This document shows positions 40,071 to 53,000 of a stretch of DNA of 64,000 nucleotides, in pieces. The stretch lies in assembly GCF_009914755.1 (NCBI RefSeq), contig NC_060948.1. One strand, 5' to 3'. The position numbers and the translations under genes are program-made. This DNA comes from the human T2T-CHM13v2.0 reference genome, Homo sapiens. The notes under the pieces are model-generated. The model saw only the letters and a list, made by a program, of their open reading frames with translations, had not been told where the DNA came from and ran no database searches. Positions within the stretch are counted from its first letter, which is position 1, and every line of letters begins with the position of its first letter.

Positions 40071-43000
40071 GGTCCGGGCTGATGTGCAGTAGTAACCATC
40101 CTGGTCGCCCTCTTTTCCACAAAGACTAGTAATATAATCAGATACACAGGGGTCCTGACAAAGTAAGCTTTCTGTTTGCCCTAGACCTGCACTTTAGGGG
40201 ATGGGGGGGTCATTAAGTGATTCACCACTTCCTGTACATGCTTGACTGCCCCTTGCCTTTGGTAGGAAGGACTTACTTAGCAAGCTGAGAGCCACCATCT
40301 CTTTTACAAAACACAGCTCTTTACAGTTAAAGTTACTTGGAAGGAGAGTCATCATGGCCCTTATTGTTCCTAGCGAGAAGGAATGGAGATGCCTCTTAAT
40401 TCAGTTAAGCTAAGATGTAAGACCAGCTCTGGCTAAGTGATGGCCAAAAGTGTGGGCAGAAAAGAACCCTCCAGGATTGGCAATTAACTAGGCCCTCTTA
40501 CTCATAGGAGATAAGCCTATGGCCCAGCCAGCCAGGAAAAAACAGTCCCTAGTCCCCAGAGAAGCTCTTGAAGGTACCCAGGTCCATCTCAAGCACCTGA
40601 GGGCCCTTGGAATTATAGTCCCTTGTTAGTATCCATGGAACACTCCCTGCCTGTCTGTTCCAAAGCCAGGGATCAAGGACTACAGGCCAGTACTGGAGTT
40701 GTATTCAGTCATCCAAGCTACAGTGACTTTGCCCCAGTTGTACCTAACTCCTACAAATTGTTGGGGTTGCTGCCAGCTGAGGACAGCTGAAGGATGCCTT
40801 CATTAGCATCAGCCTAGCCCTTGAGAACCAGAAACTCTTTGCCTTTGAGTGGGAAGATGCGGGGCCAGGTGTCACCACTCAGTACACTTGGACCTTGCTT
40901 CCCCAAGGGTTCAATAACTCCCCCACTATCTTTGGGAAGGTACTGGCTCGGGACTTCCAGAAGTTTCCCACAGAGACCTAGACTGTTTTTTGCTCCAGTC
41001 TGTTGATGACCTCCTGCAGGGACACCCAACAGTAATCGGGTGCCCCAAGGGAATGGATACCCTGCTCTGGCACCTGGGGGACTGCGGGTATGAGGTGTCC
41101 AAAGAAAGCTCAGATCTGCTGACAGCATTTATGTTATCTGGGATTTACTATCCTACAATGGAGCACAGCCTAGGATCAGAAAGAAAGCAGGTCATTTGCA
41201 ACCTACTGGAGACTAAAACCAGAAGGCAGATGAGAGAATTCTTAGGAGCTGTATTTTCAGTACTGTAGGAAGTCACAAAGGGAGGTAACAGAGAGAATTT
41301 TGAATGGGAGTCCCAACAGTAATGAGCTTTTCATGAATTAAAAGAGAAACTTACATCAGCCCCAGCTCTGGGGCTGCCTGACCTCACAAAGCCATTTACA
41401 CTATATGTGTCAGAGAGAGAAAAATGGTAGCTGGAGTTTTTACCCACACAGTGTGGCCCTGGCCAAGATTGGTAGCCTACTTCTCCAAACAGCTAGATGG
41501 AGTTTCTAAAGGTTGGCCCCCATGTTTGAAGGCCTTGGCAGCAACTGCCCTGCTAGCACAAGAAGTGGATAAACTAACTCTTGGGCAAAACCTGAACATA
41601 AAGTCTCCCCATGCTGTGGTGTTATTAATGAATACCAAAGGACATCATTGGCTAATGAATGCAAGGGTAAGTAGCTACCAAAGCTTGCTCTGTGAAAATC
41701 CCCACATAATCATTGAAGTCTGCAACACCTTGAACTCCACCACCTTACATACACCTTACTGGTGTCAGAGAGCCCAGGTGAACATAACTGTGTAGAGGTG
41801 TTGGACACAGTTTATTTTAGCAGACTCCCCATTGAGACCATTCTTGGGCATCAGTAGATTTGGAGCTGTACATGGATGGGAGTAGCTTGTCAATCTACAA
41901 GAAAAGCAGTCATACACTGCAGAGGAAACAAGCAAACTTCCACTCGATTGCCTTGGAGAACTCCCGAGCTGACTCAGAGTCTCGGAAAGCAGCATCCACC
42001 CACTATGGGGCATCAGTCACAATCCTGTTGCTCCATCAGGTACCTGACCTTGTACCTATTTATTCTAAAGAAAAGAAAGACTTTCTCCAAGCAGAGGGAG
42101 GGCATGTGATAGAAGAGGGAAAGATTCTGTTATTTGATGGAAGAATAGCCATGTCACAACTACTAGTAGCCACAGTGGTACTGGCTGTGCATGAGACCAC
42201 CCACCTAGACCAAAACTCAGTGTGTCACCTTTCCACAGAAAAATGCTAGGCAAGGTCTAACCGTCTTGCCCAACATACAAGCTTATGGATTAGCCCGCTT
42301 TGAAAACATCCAAGTAGACTTCACCAAGATATCCAAATGTAGAGGTAACAAGTATTTGCTAGTTCTAGTGTGTACATACTCTGGGTGGGTGGTGGCCTAT
42401 CCAACAAAAACTTAGAAAGCTCGTGAAGTACACTATGTGCTTCTCCAAGATGTCATCCCTAGGTTTAGACTGCCCTTATGAATGAGCTCAGACAACATGC
42501 CATCATTTGTTGCTGACTTGGTACAAAAGGCAGCAAAGGTATTGGAAATGACATGGAAACTACATACTGCTTATTGACCGTAGAGTTGCGGAAAGGTGAA
42601 GCAGATGAACTGGACTATCAAAAATAGTTTAGAAAAAGTGTGTCAAGAAAGAGGATTAAAGCCGGCACAAGCTCTCCCTAAGGTATTGTTTAAGATTAAA
42701 TGTATTCCTTCTAAAAGAACAGGATATTCACCTTATGAAATATTATATCATAGGCCCCCTCCCATACTACGGGGACTCCTAGGCACTCATTGAGAGCTAG
42801 GTAAAATTGAGTTACAGCAACAATTACAGGCTCTAGGGAAAATTACAGAAACAATTTCAGCCAGGGTAAATGACTTTCTTCCCAGATGATCGGGTGTGGA
42901 TCCCGGATCGGAAAGTAGCCCCCTTGTGGCCACAGGTGGAAAGGACACCAGGCCTTCGTCTTGACCACTCCCACAGCCACAAATGTAGAGAAAATTCTAG

Positions 43001-43130
43001 CGTGGATCCATCATAGCCACCTAAAACTGCAGCACCTGAGACCTGGGAGGAGAGACCAAGCCCAGATAACACCTCCAAGGTGACTTTGAAGAAGATGACA
43101 AGCCCTACTCCAGTCATACCCAGGAGCTGA
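40070..43130 (+). pseudogene. ERV pro-pol remnant (RT, RNase H, integrase) with stops, frameshifts and deletions
   Basis: LPQGFNNSPTIF (40898-40933); LLQSVDDLL (from 40990, YxDD changed to SVDD); VAYFSKQLDGVSKGWPPCLKALAATALL; LYMDGSS (~41866); IQVDFT...YLLVLVCTYSGWV (from 42308); TGYSPYEILYHRPPP. Confidence 0.92.
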
Positions 43131-43152
43131 CTGGTCCACGCATGGCCAAAAC

Positions 43153-43680
43153 ATGAGGAAACTCATTGTAGGACTCACTTTTCTTAAATTTTGGATGTGT
43201 ACAGTAAGGACTTCAACTGACCTTCCTCAGACTGAGGACTGTTCAAGTTACTGAGGTAGGGAAAAAAGTTAAAGCAGTCTTTTTGTTTTATAGTTATTAT
43301 GAATGTATTGCAACTTTAAAAGGGATGACTTTGTATAACGCCACCCTGCACAAGGTATGCAGCCCAGGAAGTAACCAGCCTGATGTGGGAAAACCCATTA
43401 TAACTACTTGATCCCTGTCGGAAAACAGGAGAGTATGTAATTCTAAGAATCAATGGAAATGGACTGGATCCCCAAGTAAATATTTTAGTCTAAGGGAAGG
43501 TCCACAGGCACTCTCCCAAGCCAGTGTTTACTCCCTGTATGGTACCTGTACTTTTACCACCTTAGTTCATCAAAAGACCACAGCACAAGTGCATTACATA
43601 AATCACTATCAATCTGTTTTGCAGAAAGACCTGGGTAATGAAGATGAGAAAGAGAACTCTCACTAGTGAGTGCAGCTCTC
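43153..43680 (+). pseudogene. ERV env remnant, mostly deleted
   Basis: ATG at 43153: MRKLIVGLTFLKFWMCTVRTSTDLPQTEDCS, then a stop; resembles the HERV-E env leader; only ~0.5 kb remains before the PPT. Confidence 0.75.
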
Positions 43681-43691
43681 AAAGAGGGGGA

Positions 43692-44052
43692 TGAGGAGGA
43701 AGGCTATTTCTCTTACTGTCCCCTGTTCTCTGAATAGAAGGAGGAAGTAAAAGCTGAAAAACATCAGGAATGAAATCATTGACAAGACCAGCTGGTGCCA
43801 CTAATGAACAGGCCTGAGGTTAAAAGTTTAACCCACCACTCTAACCACACGTGCTATCTCTAGATCTCAATCTATTACAACCCTTTCACGTGTAACCCCT
43901 TAAAGTTGTAAGCACTTAAAAGGGACAGGAACTGTTTCTTCCAGGAGCTCAGTTCCTGAGACAGGAGTCTGCCAACACTCCCAGCTGAATAAAGCCACTT
44001 TCTTCTTTAATCCAGTGTCTGAGGGGTTTTGTTCATGGCTTGTCCTGCTACA
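43692..44052 (+). mobile_element. 3' LTR, LTR2 family (LTR2B/2C-like), 361 bp
   Basis: TG...CA termini directly after the PPT; ttaaaagggacagg TATA region (~43916); AATAAA at 43988-43993; ends gtgtctgaggggttttgt...tcctgctaca as LTR2-family LTRs do. Confidence 0.88.
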
Positions 44053-47000
44053 AAGGAATGCAGCAATGGGGTTGACTGGTTCTGCAAGAAGCCCCCACCT
44101 GGGAGACAGCAACCCCAGGGAAAACAGCCTGGCTCTACCTAGAAATCACAGTGGGGTAAGTTTCAAAAAGGCTCACCCCTACAATGTCTAGGTTGAATGA
44201 GGAATCCTGAAGATCATTTTTTATTATTAGGGATTTCATGGTTTATTGCTGGAACTTTACTTGAGGTTTCTTCAGGCTGGCTCACATCTGCCCTCTCCTA
44301 GGATCATGGAACAATACCATGGATCCCACAGTGAAGACAGGTGAGAGTCCACCTTTGACACAACTCCACGGAGGTCTTCTTCTCCACCAAGCCACAGGAA
44401 CTTGTTGCTAGGCAATGGTTACACTCATTGTGATGCTAGCCAGAGCTCACAATCAGGCCTGGTGCCCTGAGAGTAGTGCATGCCCATTCCTGTGGCAGCC
44501 TATGTTTCCTGTCTGTCAGAGCTGTCAGCCTGCTTAAGCAGAGTAAAATGGTACAGGCAGTGCAGCCTGGTAGCGAGAAAAAAGGCTGCCTGTGAAATCC
44601 CACTGTGGGACCATAAGTGGGGACCTCAGGGCCCCTTCATGGCATCTCCATGGCCATGTCATGCTGGAGAAGGAGGCGTTTCAAGAATGTGAGCTGATCG
44701 CTGGAAACTGCTCATCTGACTCCAGTCTCAAAAGAGGCTATGTGCAAGAATCGGGTATGATGGGGATGCAAATATAGTTTGCTGTGTTGTTGAGGGTTAT
44801 TTGGATGATAGAATCATACCTGAGACCCCAGAAGCTGGGGTCAGTGAAAGATAGTTGGGCCCTTGACCTCACTTCCTCCCTTCATTTTGGGCCTCACAGG
44901 GGCTCTCTGGGAAAGTCTGGACCTAAGACAAAGGCAAGTCCAAGGTGGAGCACTGTTCTCACACCTTGGACTGACCACTCATGGGTGCAGATGAGGTTGA
45001 GACAGTGTGTCAAAGGCCATTTATGGCATGGCAAGGATAAAAAGTTGTGTCAGTACTGCTGTTTAGGGGTACTGTAGATTCCCCATGAAAGCAAAGAAAA
45101 ATAAAACCTCATCTCTCTAGAATGAGCTGCCTTGTGCTGGAGTCCAAGCAATGTTCAATGATTCCTGTCAGAGGATCCAAATGCCTCCTGTAAAGTGGAA
45201 GGAACTTCAGCCCCCCAAATGAGACAATGACCCAGAACCTGGAGTGCAGCCAGCCTACCTGAAGTCCCTTTTCCTCTCTGAAATCCTGGTAACTAAATTA
45301 TCTGTGTAGAGAGGCAGTCCTACTGAAAAACAGCTGAATGAAAGAGCCCCTCCACAATAAGGAAACCAGGCAGATGAAATGAAACAGAAGATAGACTACC
45401 AGACAAAAGCCAGACATGAATGCCTGCTTCTCACCCTGCAGAAGTCATGCAGCCCTTTGATAGGAGTGGGAGAGGAAGAGTTTGCTTTTTGGTGGCTGTA
45501 ACAGGAATTTACTGTTTTAAAAGTATCAAAGCAGCTCAGTCATTAAAACGTGATGGTGTTTAGAAGGAAACACTCACACAGTGGATCACCGTGAGGGTTG
45601 TTCTTTGTGAACTGGGAAATGTTCTGTGTTGGAAGTCATTGAACCAGACCCAGGAAACTGTAGGCCAGTGAGGAACATGGAAGTCAGGAAAAGATGAGGC
45701 AAGTGTGGAGGCCACATTCCACCTAGCATGAATTTATTCCACTTCCATTTTGTTCCGGGTATGAAAGCCCTCAAATCGGAAGTTTGCCAGGATGGCCCCA
45801 GCTTGTACGCTCACCTGAACACTGAGCCATGGTGTGGACTGCTTCTTCAACTAAGGGAATGTGGGGATGGTGTTGGAAGTACCTTCTGAGTCACCTGTCT
45901 TCAGGTGACAACCTTCACCTGATTGAATTCTCACCCCTATCCGATGTTATGGCTGCTTATACTCTGTGTCCCAAAATAAAATCCCAAAATGATGGAGGAG
46001 TGCCCCCTCAGGACGTGAAGCACTTGCTAAGCTGGGGACTGAATTTCAGGTAAATTGAAGGGGCCCTGAAAACAAGACTGCTACTGTCTCTGTCTGGGTT
46101 GGCCACATAACAATGAAACACTAAAGATATCTATGTTTTTGTGTGGTGTGCTCCTCTTGTTTCTAGAAGAATGGCTTTGTGCTTTGTAGGGGGAGATTAT
46201 TTGGACATGGGTGGGTTATGGCCTGCCTCTCAATTCACTGAGACTTATGATGTGGCTCAAGCAGAGCCAAAAGGGTTGGAGACTCAAAAAACTAGCCCTG
46301 AATTGTGTTAGCCACATTCATTTAAGCACTCTCCACTTACAGACACACACACACAAACACACACACACACAAAATGCCACACACATGCAGGCCTCCAACA
46401 CTCACAACACTCCAACAGAAACACACAGGCTGGCAGCTCCTGAGGCTTCGTGGTTGTGCAAGAAACTTACCCTGGCAGAGAGCAACCCCAGGGCATACTG
46501 GCAGGCTTTACCTGGGAAGCACGGTGGGGCAAGTTTCAGAAAGACTAACCAATACAGCATCTAGCCAGTCCTAAAAAATCCTGCAGTTCCTTTTGGATCC
46601 TTAGCAATTTTGTGGTTTATTCCTGGGGCTATGCCTGATGTTTCTTTAGGCTGGTTCATGTCTGCCCTCTCCTAGGATCGTGGGACTATCCCGAGGCTTC
46701 CACAGGGAATAAAAGTGAGAGTCCACTGCTGATGCACCTCCACAAAGGTATCCTCCTCAGCCAAGTCACAGGGACTTGTCGCTGGGCAAATGTGACATTC
46801 ATTGTGACTCTAACCAGAGCTCAGATCTAAGCCCTAGTGTCCTGAGACTAGCATTAAAATTCTCTACCTTAGAACCCCTTTGGGATGTCTGCATCTTTGG
46901 GTACCACTGGAGGAGGACGCGTTTCAAGACTGTGAGGTGGTTGCTTAGGAGAGCTCTTCTGACTCCATTCCTGAAAGAGCCTTTGTGCAAGAATCAGGAC

Positions 47001-50000
47001 CCATCTAAATTGGAATATAGTCTGGTGAGTTGTTAAAGGATTTTTGTGTAATGGAATTATACCTGAGACACCAAAAATGAGTGTCAGTAAAATATAGCCA
47101 GTCCCTTGATCTCATTGCTTCCCTTCATCATGGTCCTCACAGGGGCTCTCTGCAAAAGGCAGGAAACATGAAAAAGGTAGGTCCAATATCAAGAAGTTCT
47201 TACACCGAACTGGAGTGTCATGGGTGCAGTTGATACTGTGAAATTGTCTCAGAGGCCGTTTTTGGCAATTGCAAGCCTGAAAATGGTGGCCAGTATTTCT
47301 GCTGAGGGGCAATGTGGGCCCAGCATGAAAGCAAAGAAAAATCAAGGCTCACCTGTGAGAATGAGTGGACTTGTCCTGGATTTCCAGAAATGTTCAAAGA
47401 TTTCTGCCAGAGGAACCAAAAGCCTCCCACAAAGTGCAAACAACCTCAGATTTTACAACAAGCCCATGACACAAAACCTGGAACACCACCAGCCGACCAA
47501 AGTCTTTTTGCTCCCTGAAATTCTGCTTGCCAAAAGAACCATTGTGAGTGGCAGTCCCATACAGCAAAAGCTCAATGAAAGAGTCTGTTTACAATGAGAA
47601 AGGAAGTGCAGATGAAGTGAAACACAGCCTTGGTTACTAGGTGAATCCAAACACGGCTCCCTGCTTCTCATCCTACGGGAGTCAAGCAGCCTTCCAATAA
47701 AAGTGGGAGAACGAAAGTTTCCTTGTTGGCAGCTGTAATGGGAATTGATGCTTTAAAAATAAATACAGCTGCCCATTCATTAAAATGTGACAGTGATTAG
47801 AAGGAAACACTCATGCAATGGATTCCAATTAGTTCGACCTCCATGAAGTGGGAAAGGTTTAGTGTTGAAGATTTTGAGCCACATGCAGCATGCCATAGGC
47901 CATAGAGGAACATGGAAGACATGAAAAAAACAGGCAAGTGTGGAGGCCATATTTCACCCAGAACTAGTCCATCCCACTCCCATTTGGCTTTGCCTATGAA
48001 AGCGCTCAAATCTGGAGTTTGCCAGGATGTCCCCAGTTTGCACTCCAAATGTTCTCTGCATGTTGGAGTACTCCCACCTCAACAATGGGCCATGGTGTGG
48101 ACTACTTGTGCAAATAGTGGAATGTAGGGATTCAGTTGGAAGCATCTTCTGTGTCATTTGTCTTCACCTTATTTGCAGGTGAAGTTGTGAGACCCCATCC
48201 ACCCCTCACAAGATTGTATCCCCACCCTGTCTGACCTTACTGCTGCTCAAACTATCTGTCCAAGGATGAAAACCCAGGACAAAGGAGGAGTAACCCTCAT
48301 GATGTGAAGCACGTGTTCACCTGTGAATATAACCTGAGGTAAATTCAAGGGTTGTTGTAGACAGGATTGCTATTGTCTCTCCCTGGGTTGGCCACATGAC
48401 AATGAAAACCTGGGAGATGTCTGCTCTTGGGTGTGGTTTGACTCTCTTCTACCTAGAAGAGTTGCTTTTTTTGCAGGGCATGGTGACTTGGACAGCAGCA
48501 TGTCTCGGCCAGCCTCCCAACTCACTGCAGATTCATGATTCACAAAAAAATAAAGAACATGGAGTTCTATGTCCCAAACAGAGGCGTACAGGAAGACAAC
48601 AAAAGGTTGGAGACTCAACAAAATGAAGTGCTGCAGTGTGTTAGCCACATTCCTTTAAGCAGACTCCATTTACAGGCACACACACACACACACACACAAA
48701 TGTACAAAGTCAAACACACAGGCAGACATCCAACACTTGCAGCACTCCCACAGAAACACACAGCCTATCAGCTCCTGAGGCAGTTTGGTTCTGCAGGAAG
48801 CCACACCTAGGAGGGAGCAACACCAAGGAACACAGGAGGGCTGTACCTATACATCACAGTGGGGCAAGTGTCAAAAGCACTCACCCCTCACTCACTCACA
48901 GGGGTGAGGATACAGTGCCTAGGCAGGCCTGAAGCATCTTGCAGACCCTTTTGGATCCTTCTGGAATTCATGGTTTATTCCTGGTGCTCTTATTGACATT
49001 ATTTCAGGCTGGCTCATATTTGCCCTCTCCTAAAATCAGGAGACTATACAGTAATTCCCACAGAGAAAACAGGTGAGAGTCCACCACCGACAGCACCTGT
49101 AAAAAGGTCTTCTTCTCCGCCAACCTGCAGGAACTTGTCTCTAGGAAATGGTGGCATTCACTGTGACGCTAATCAAAACTCACAGCTCAGTCTTTGTGCC
49201 TTGAGACCAGTGCCTTCGCATTCAAGAGGCATGTTCTGGGGCCTGGCTGTCAGAGCTGTTAGCCTGACCAAAAAGAGGAACAAAGAAAAGGCACTGTGAT
49301 AAACCACTGCTGGACCCAAAAAGTCTAGGCCATAGGGCCCTTTTGGGCAGTCTCTGAGGTCGAGTTCCACTGAAGGAGAACTCATTTTGAGACTGTGAAG
49401 TGGTCGCTGCAATCAGATACTCTGCCTCCATTCTGGAAAGAGGCTGTGTGCAAGAGGCAGTTCCTATGGGGATTGTAATACAGTCTGGTGAGTTACCGGG
49501 CCTCACAGGGGCTCTCGGGAAAAGGTAAGAACCACGACAAAAGAAAGTCCAAGATAAAGCATTGTTCTCACACCTTAAACTGGCTGTTCTCACACCTTAA
49601 AATGGGTGCAGGTGAGGTGGAAACAGTTTCTCAGTGGCTGTCTGTGGTGAAAGCAAGCCAGAAAAGGGTGTCCAGTAGTGCTGATGAGGGGCAATGTGGA
49701 ACCCTCATGAAAGCAAAGAAAAATGAAGGCTCATCTGAGCAAATAAGCTGACTTGTGCAGGAGTCCAAATAATGTTCAAAGATTTTTGTCAGAGGACCCA
49801 AAAGCCTCCTACAAAGAGCAAACAACATCAGCCTCCACAAGGAGAAAAAGACCCAAAATCTGGAGTATAGCCAGCATACGCAAAGTCCTATAGGCTTCCT
49901 GAAGTTCCTGGCAGCCAAAAGATCTGTAGGGAGGAGGCAGTCCCATCCAGCAAAAGCCAATGAAATATCCACTCCACAGAGAGAAAGGACTTGCAGATGA

Positions 50001-53000
50001 AGTGAAACAGAGCTAAGATTACCAGGCAAATGCAGACATGGCTGCCTGCTTCTCATCCTAAAGGAATCATGCAGTCTTCCAATAAAAGTGGGAAAACAAG
50101 AGTTTCTATGTTGGTGGATGTAATGGGAATTTATGCTTTTAAAAGTATCACAGCTGCCCAGTCATTAAAATGTGGCAGAGTTTAGAAAGAATCCCTCATG
50201 TAATGAATTCCCAAGAGAGTCATCCTCTGTGAACTGGGAAACTTTTAGTGTGGAATACGTGTAGCCATACCCAGGAAAACTTAGGCCAAAGAAGATCATG
50301 AAAGTCAGGAAAAGAAGAGGCAAGTGTGGCAGCCACATTCCATCCAGCATCAATCCATCACCCTCTCCTTTGCCTTTGGGTATGAAAGCCCTCACATTGG
50401 GAGTTTGCCAGGATGGCCCCAGTGTGTACTCAAAATTTTCCCCATACATTGGAGTACTTCCACCTGAACACCAGGCTGTTTAGCTGGAAACAATCTCTGT
50501 GTCGTCTGTCATCCTTTTTCTTTTTTTTTTTTTTTTACAGGTGCAGTTGGGGTATCCCATGCACCTCCCCAGATTTCATCTTTACTCCTATCTGACATCA
50601 TTGCTGTTGACACTCTATGCACCAGGATGAAATCCAAAGATGATATTTGAGAGCCCCCCGACCTAAGACATGAATTATTGGCTTGGCTGGGAATCGAATT
50701 CAAGGTGAATTCAATGTGCCCTGTGCACAGGACTGCTAGCATCTCTCCCTGGGTTGGCTGCAAGACAATGAAACACTGAGATGTCTCATTTTTGGTGTGG
50801 TGTGCTCCTTTTCTTTCTAGAAGAGTGGCTTTTCTCACACACACAATGCCACACACACACTCAGACATCCAACATTCACAACACTCCCACAGAAACATAC
50901 AAACCAGTTACTACTCAGACTGTGCTGTTGTGCAGGTAGCACCAACTGGGTCTGCAGGTAGCCCAAGCAGACCCACACAGAAAAGCCACCAAAAGGTTGG
51001 GAGATGTACATACAGCAAACACTGAAGTGCATTAGCAATATTCCTTAGGCAGACTGCACTTACAGTCTCTCACACACACACACATACAAACACACAATGC
51101 CACCCACATGCATGTAGACATCCAACACTCACAGCACTCCACCAGAAAGGTTGGCAGACTAAAGAAGAAGTGCTGAAGTGTGTTAGGCACATTATTTTAA
51201 GCACACTCCACTTACAGACACATAAACACGCACATACACAAACACACAATGCTACACACACACACACAGCCATCCATCACATGCAAGACTCTCATAGAAA
51301 AGCAAAGACTGGCAGCCCCTGAGGCAGTGTTGTTCGGAAAGAATCCCAACCTGGGAGACAGCAACCCCAAGAAACACAAGGGAACTGTACCTAGAAATCA
51401 CGGTGGTGCAAGTTTGAAAGAGACTCAACCCTACAAACTTCTGGGTAGTCCTGAGAAATCCTGTATATCCTTTTGCATCCTAAGGGATTCTGCAGTTTAT
51501 TCCTGGAGGTGTACTTGACTTTTCTTCAGGCTGGCTCATGCCTGCCCTTTTCTAGGATCATGGGACAATCCCATGAACACCACAGAGAAGTCAGGTGAGA
51601 GTCCACGGCCGATGCATCTCCAAGGAGGTCTCCTCTGCCAAGCCACAGGGCATTGTCACAAGGCAGCAGTGACATTCATTGTGATGCTAGCCAGCACTCA
51701 CACTCAGGCCTGGTGCTCTGAGACTAGCACATGTGCATTTCTGAGGCAGGCTCAGGCACTCATCAGAGCTGTCAGCCTGCCTAAGCAGAGGAAAATGGTA
51801 CAGGCAGAGCCTGCCTGGTATAGGGAAAAATGCTGCCTGCAATAACCCACCACTGGACATAAAAATATAGATGACAGGGCCCTTTCAGGCAGTCTCCAAG
51901 GTTGGGTTCTGCAGAAGGAGAAGTCACTTTGAGACTGTGAAAGGGTCGCTGCAATCTGCACCTCTGCCTCCATTCCCAAAAGAAGATGTGTGCAAGAGTT
52001 AATTCCCATGGGGATTGAAATACCATCTGGTGAGTTTTTGAGGCATCTCTGGGTGATGGAATCATCATTGAGACCCAAGAGGTGGGTGTCAGTGAAAGAT
52101 GGTTAGGCCCTTGACCTCACTGCCTCCCTTCATCCTGGGCCTCACAGGAGCTCTCTGGGAAATACAGGAACCACAACAAAAGCAAGTCCCAGATAAAGCA
52201 TTGTTCTCATATCTCAAACTGGCCTTTCACAGATGCAGATGTGGTTGACAGAGTATGTCTGAGGTGGTCCATGGCAATTGCAAGACAGAAAATGGTGTCC
52301 AGTACTGCTAATGAGGGGCAATGTGGACTCCCCTTGAAAGCAAAGAAAAATGAAGGCTTATCTGAGCAAACAAGCTGACTTGTGTGGGAGTACAAGCAAA
52401 GTTCAAAGATTCCCATCAGAGGACCCAAAAGCCTCCTGCAAAGCGCAAACAACATCAGCCCCCACAAGGACACCATGATCCACATCCTGGCATGTAGCCA
52501 CCATATGCAAAGTCCTTTTGGCTTCCTGAAATTCCTGGCAGTGAAAAGATCTATAGCAAGAGGCAGTCCCATCCAGCAAGAGCCAATGAAAGATCCACTC
52601 CACAGCAGGGAATGACATGCAGATGAAGTGAAACAGAGCCAAGATTAGCAGGAAAATGCAGAACACAGCTGCCTGCTTCTCCTCCTACAGGAATCATGCA
52701 GCTCTTTGATAAAAGGAGAATAAAAATTTCTGTATTGGCAGTTGTAACGGGAATTTATGCTTTTAAAAGTCTCATATTGCCCAGTCATCAAAATGTGACA
52801 GAGTCTAGGAAGAAACACTGATGCAATGGATTCACATGAGAGTGGTCCTCTGTGAACTGGGAAACTTCTAGTGTAGAAGATGTGGAACCAGACCCAGAAA
52901 ACCCTAGGCCAAAAAGGAACATGAAGACACAAGTGTGGTGGCCACATCCCACCCAGCATCAATCCATCACACTTTCATGTGGCTCTGGGTATGAAAGCCC

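Larger units (their letters stand above)
39587..43691 (+). mobile_element. Defective HERV-E-like (class I, gamma-type) provirus internal region; 5' LTR and most of gag missing
   Basis: gag CCHC knuckle, RT, RNase H and integrase motifs, env leader MRKLIVGLTFLKFW, and PPT aaagaggggga at 43681-43691. Confidence 0.92.

Noticed and set aside
40814-42793. Functional retroviral pol or a domesticated ERV gene
   Set aside because: Fragmented by stops, frameshifts and deletions; the RT motif reads SVDD; the longest pieces are ~120-130 aa.
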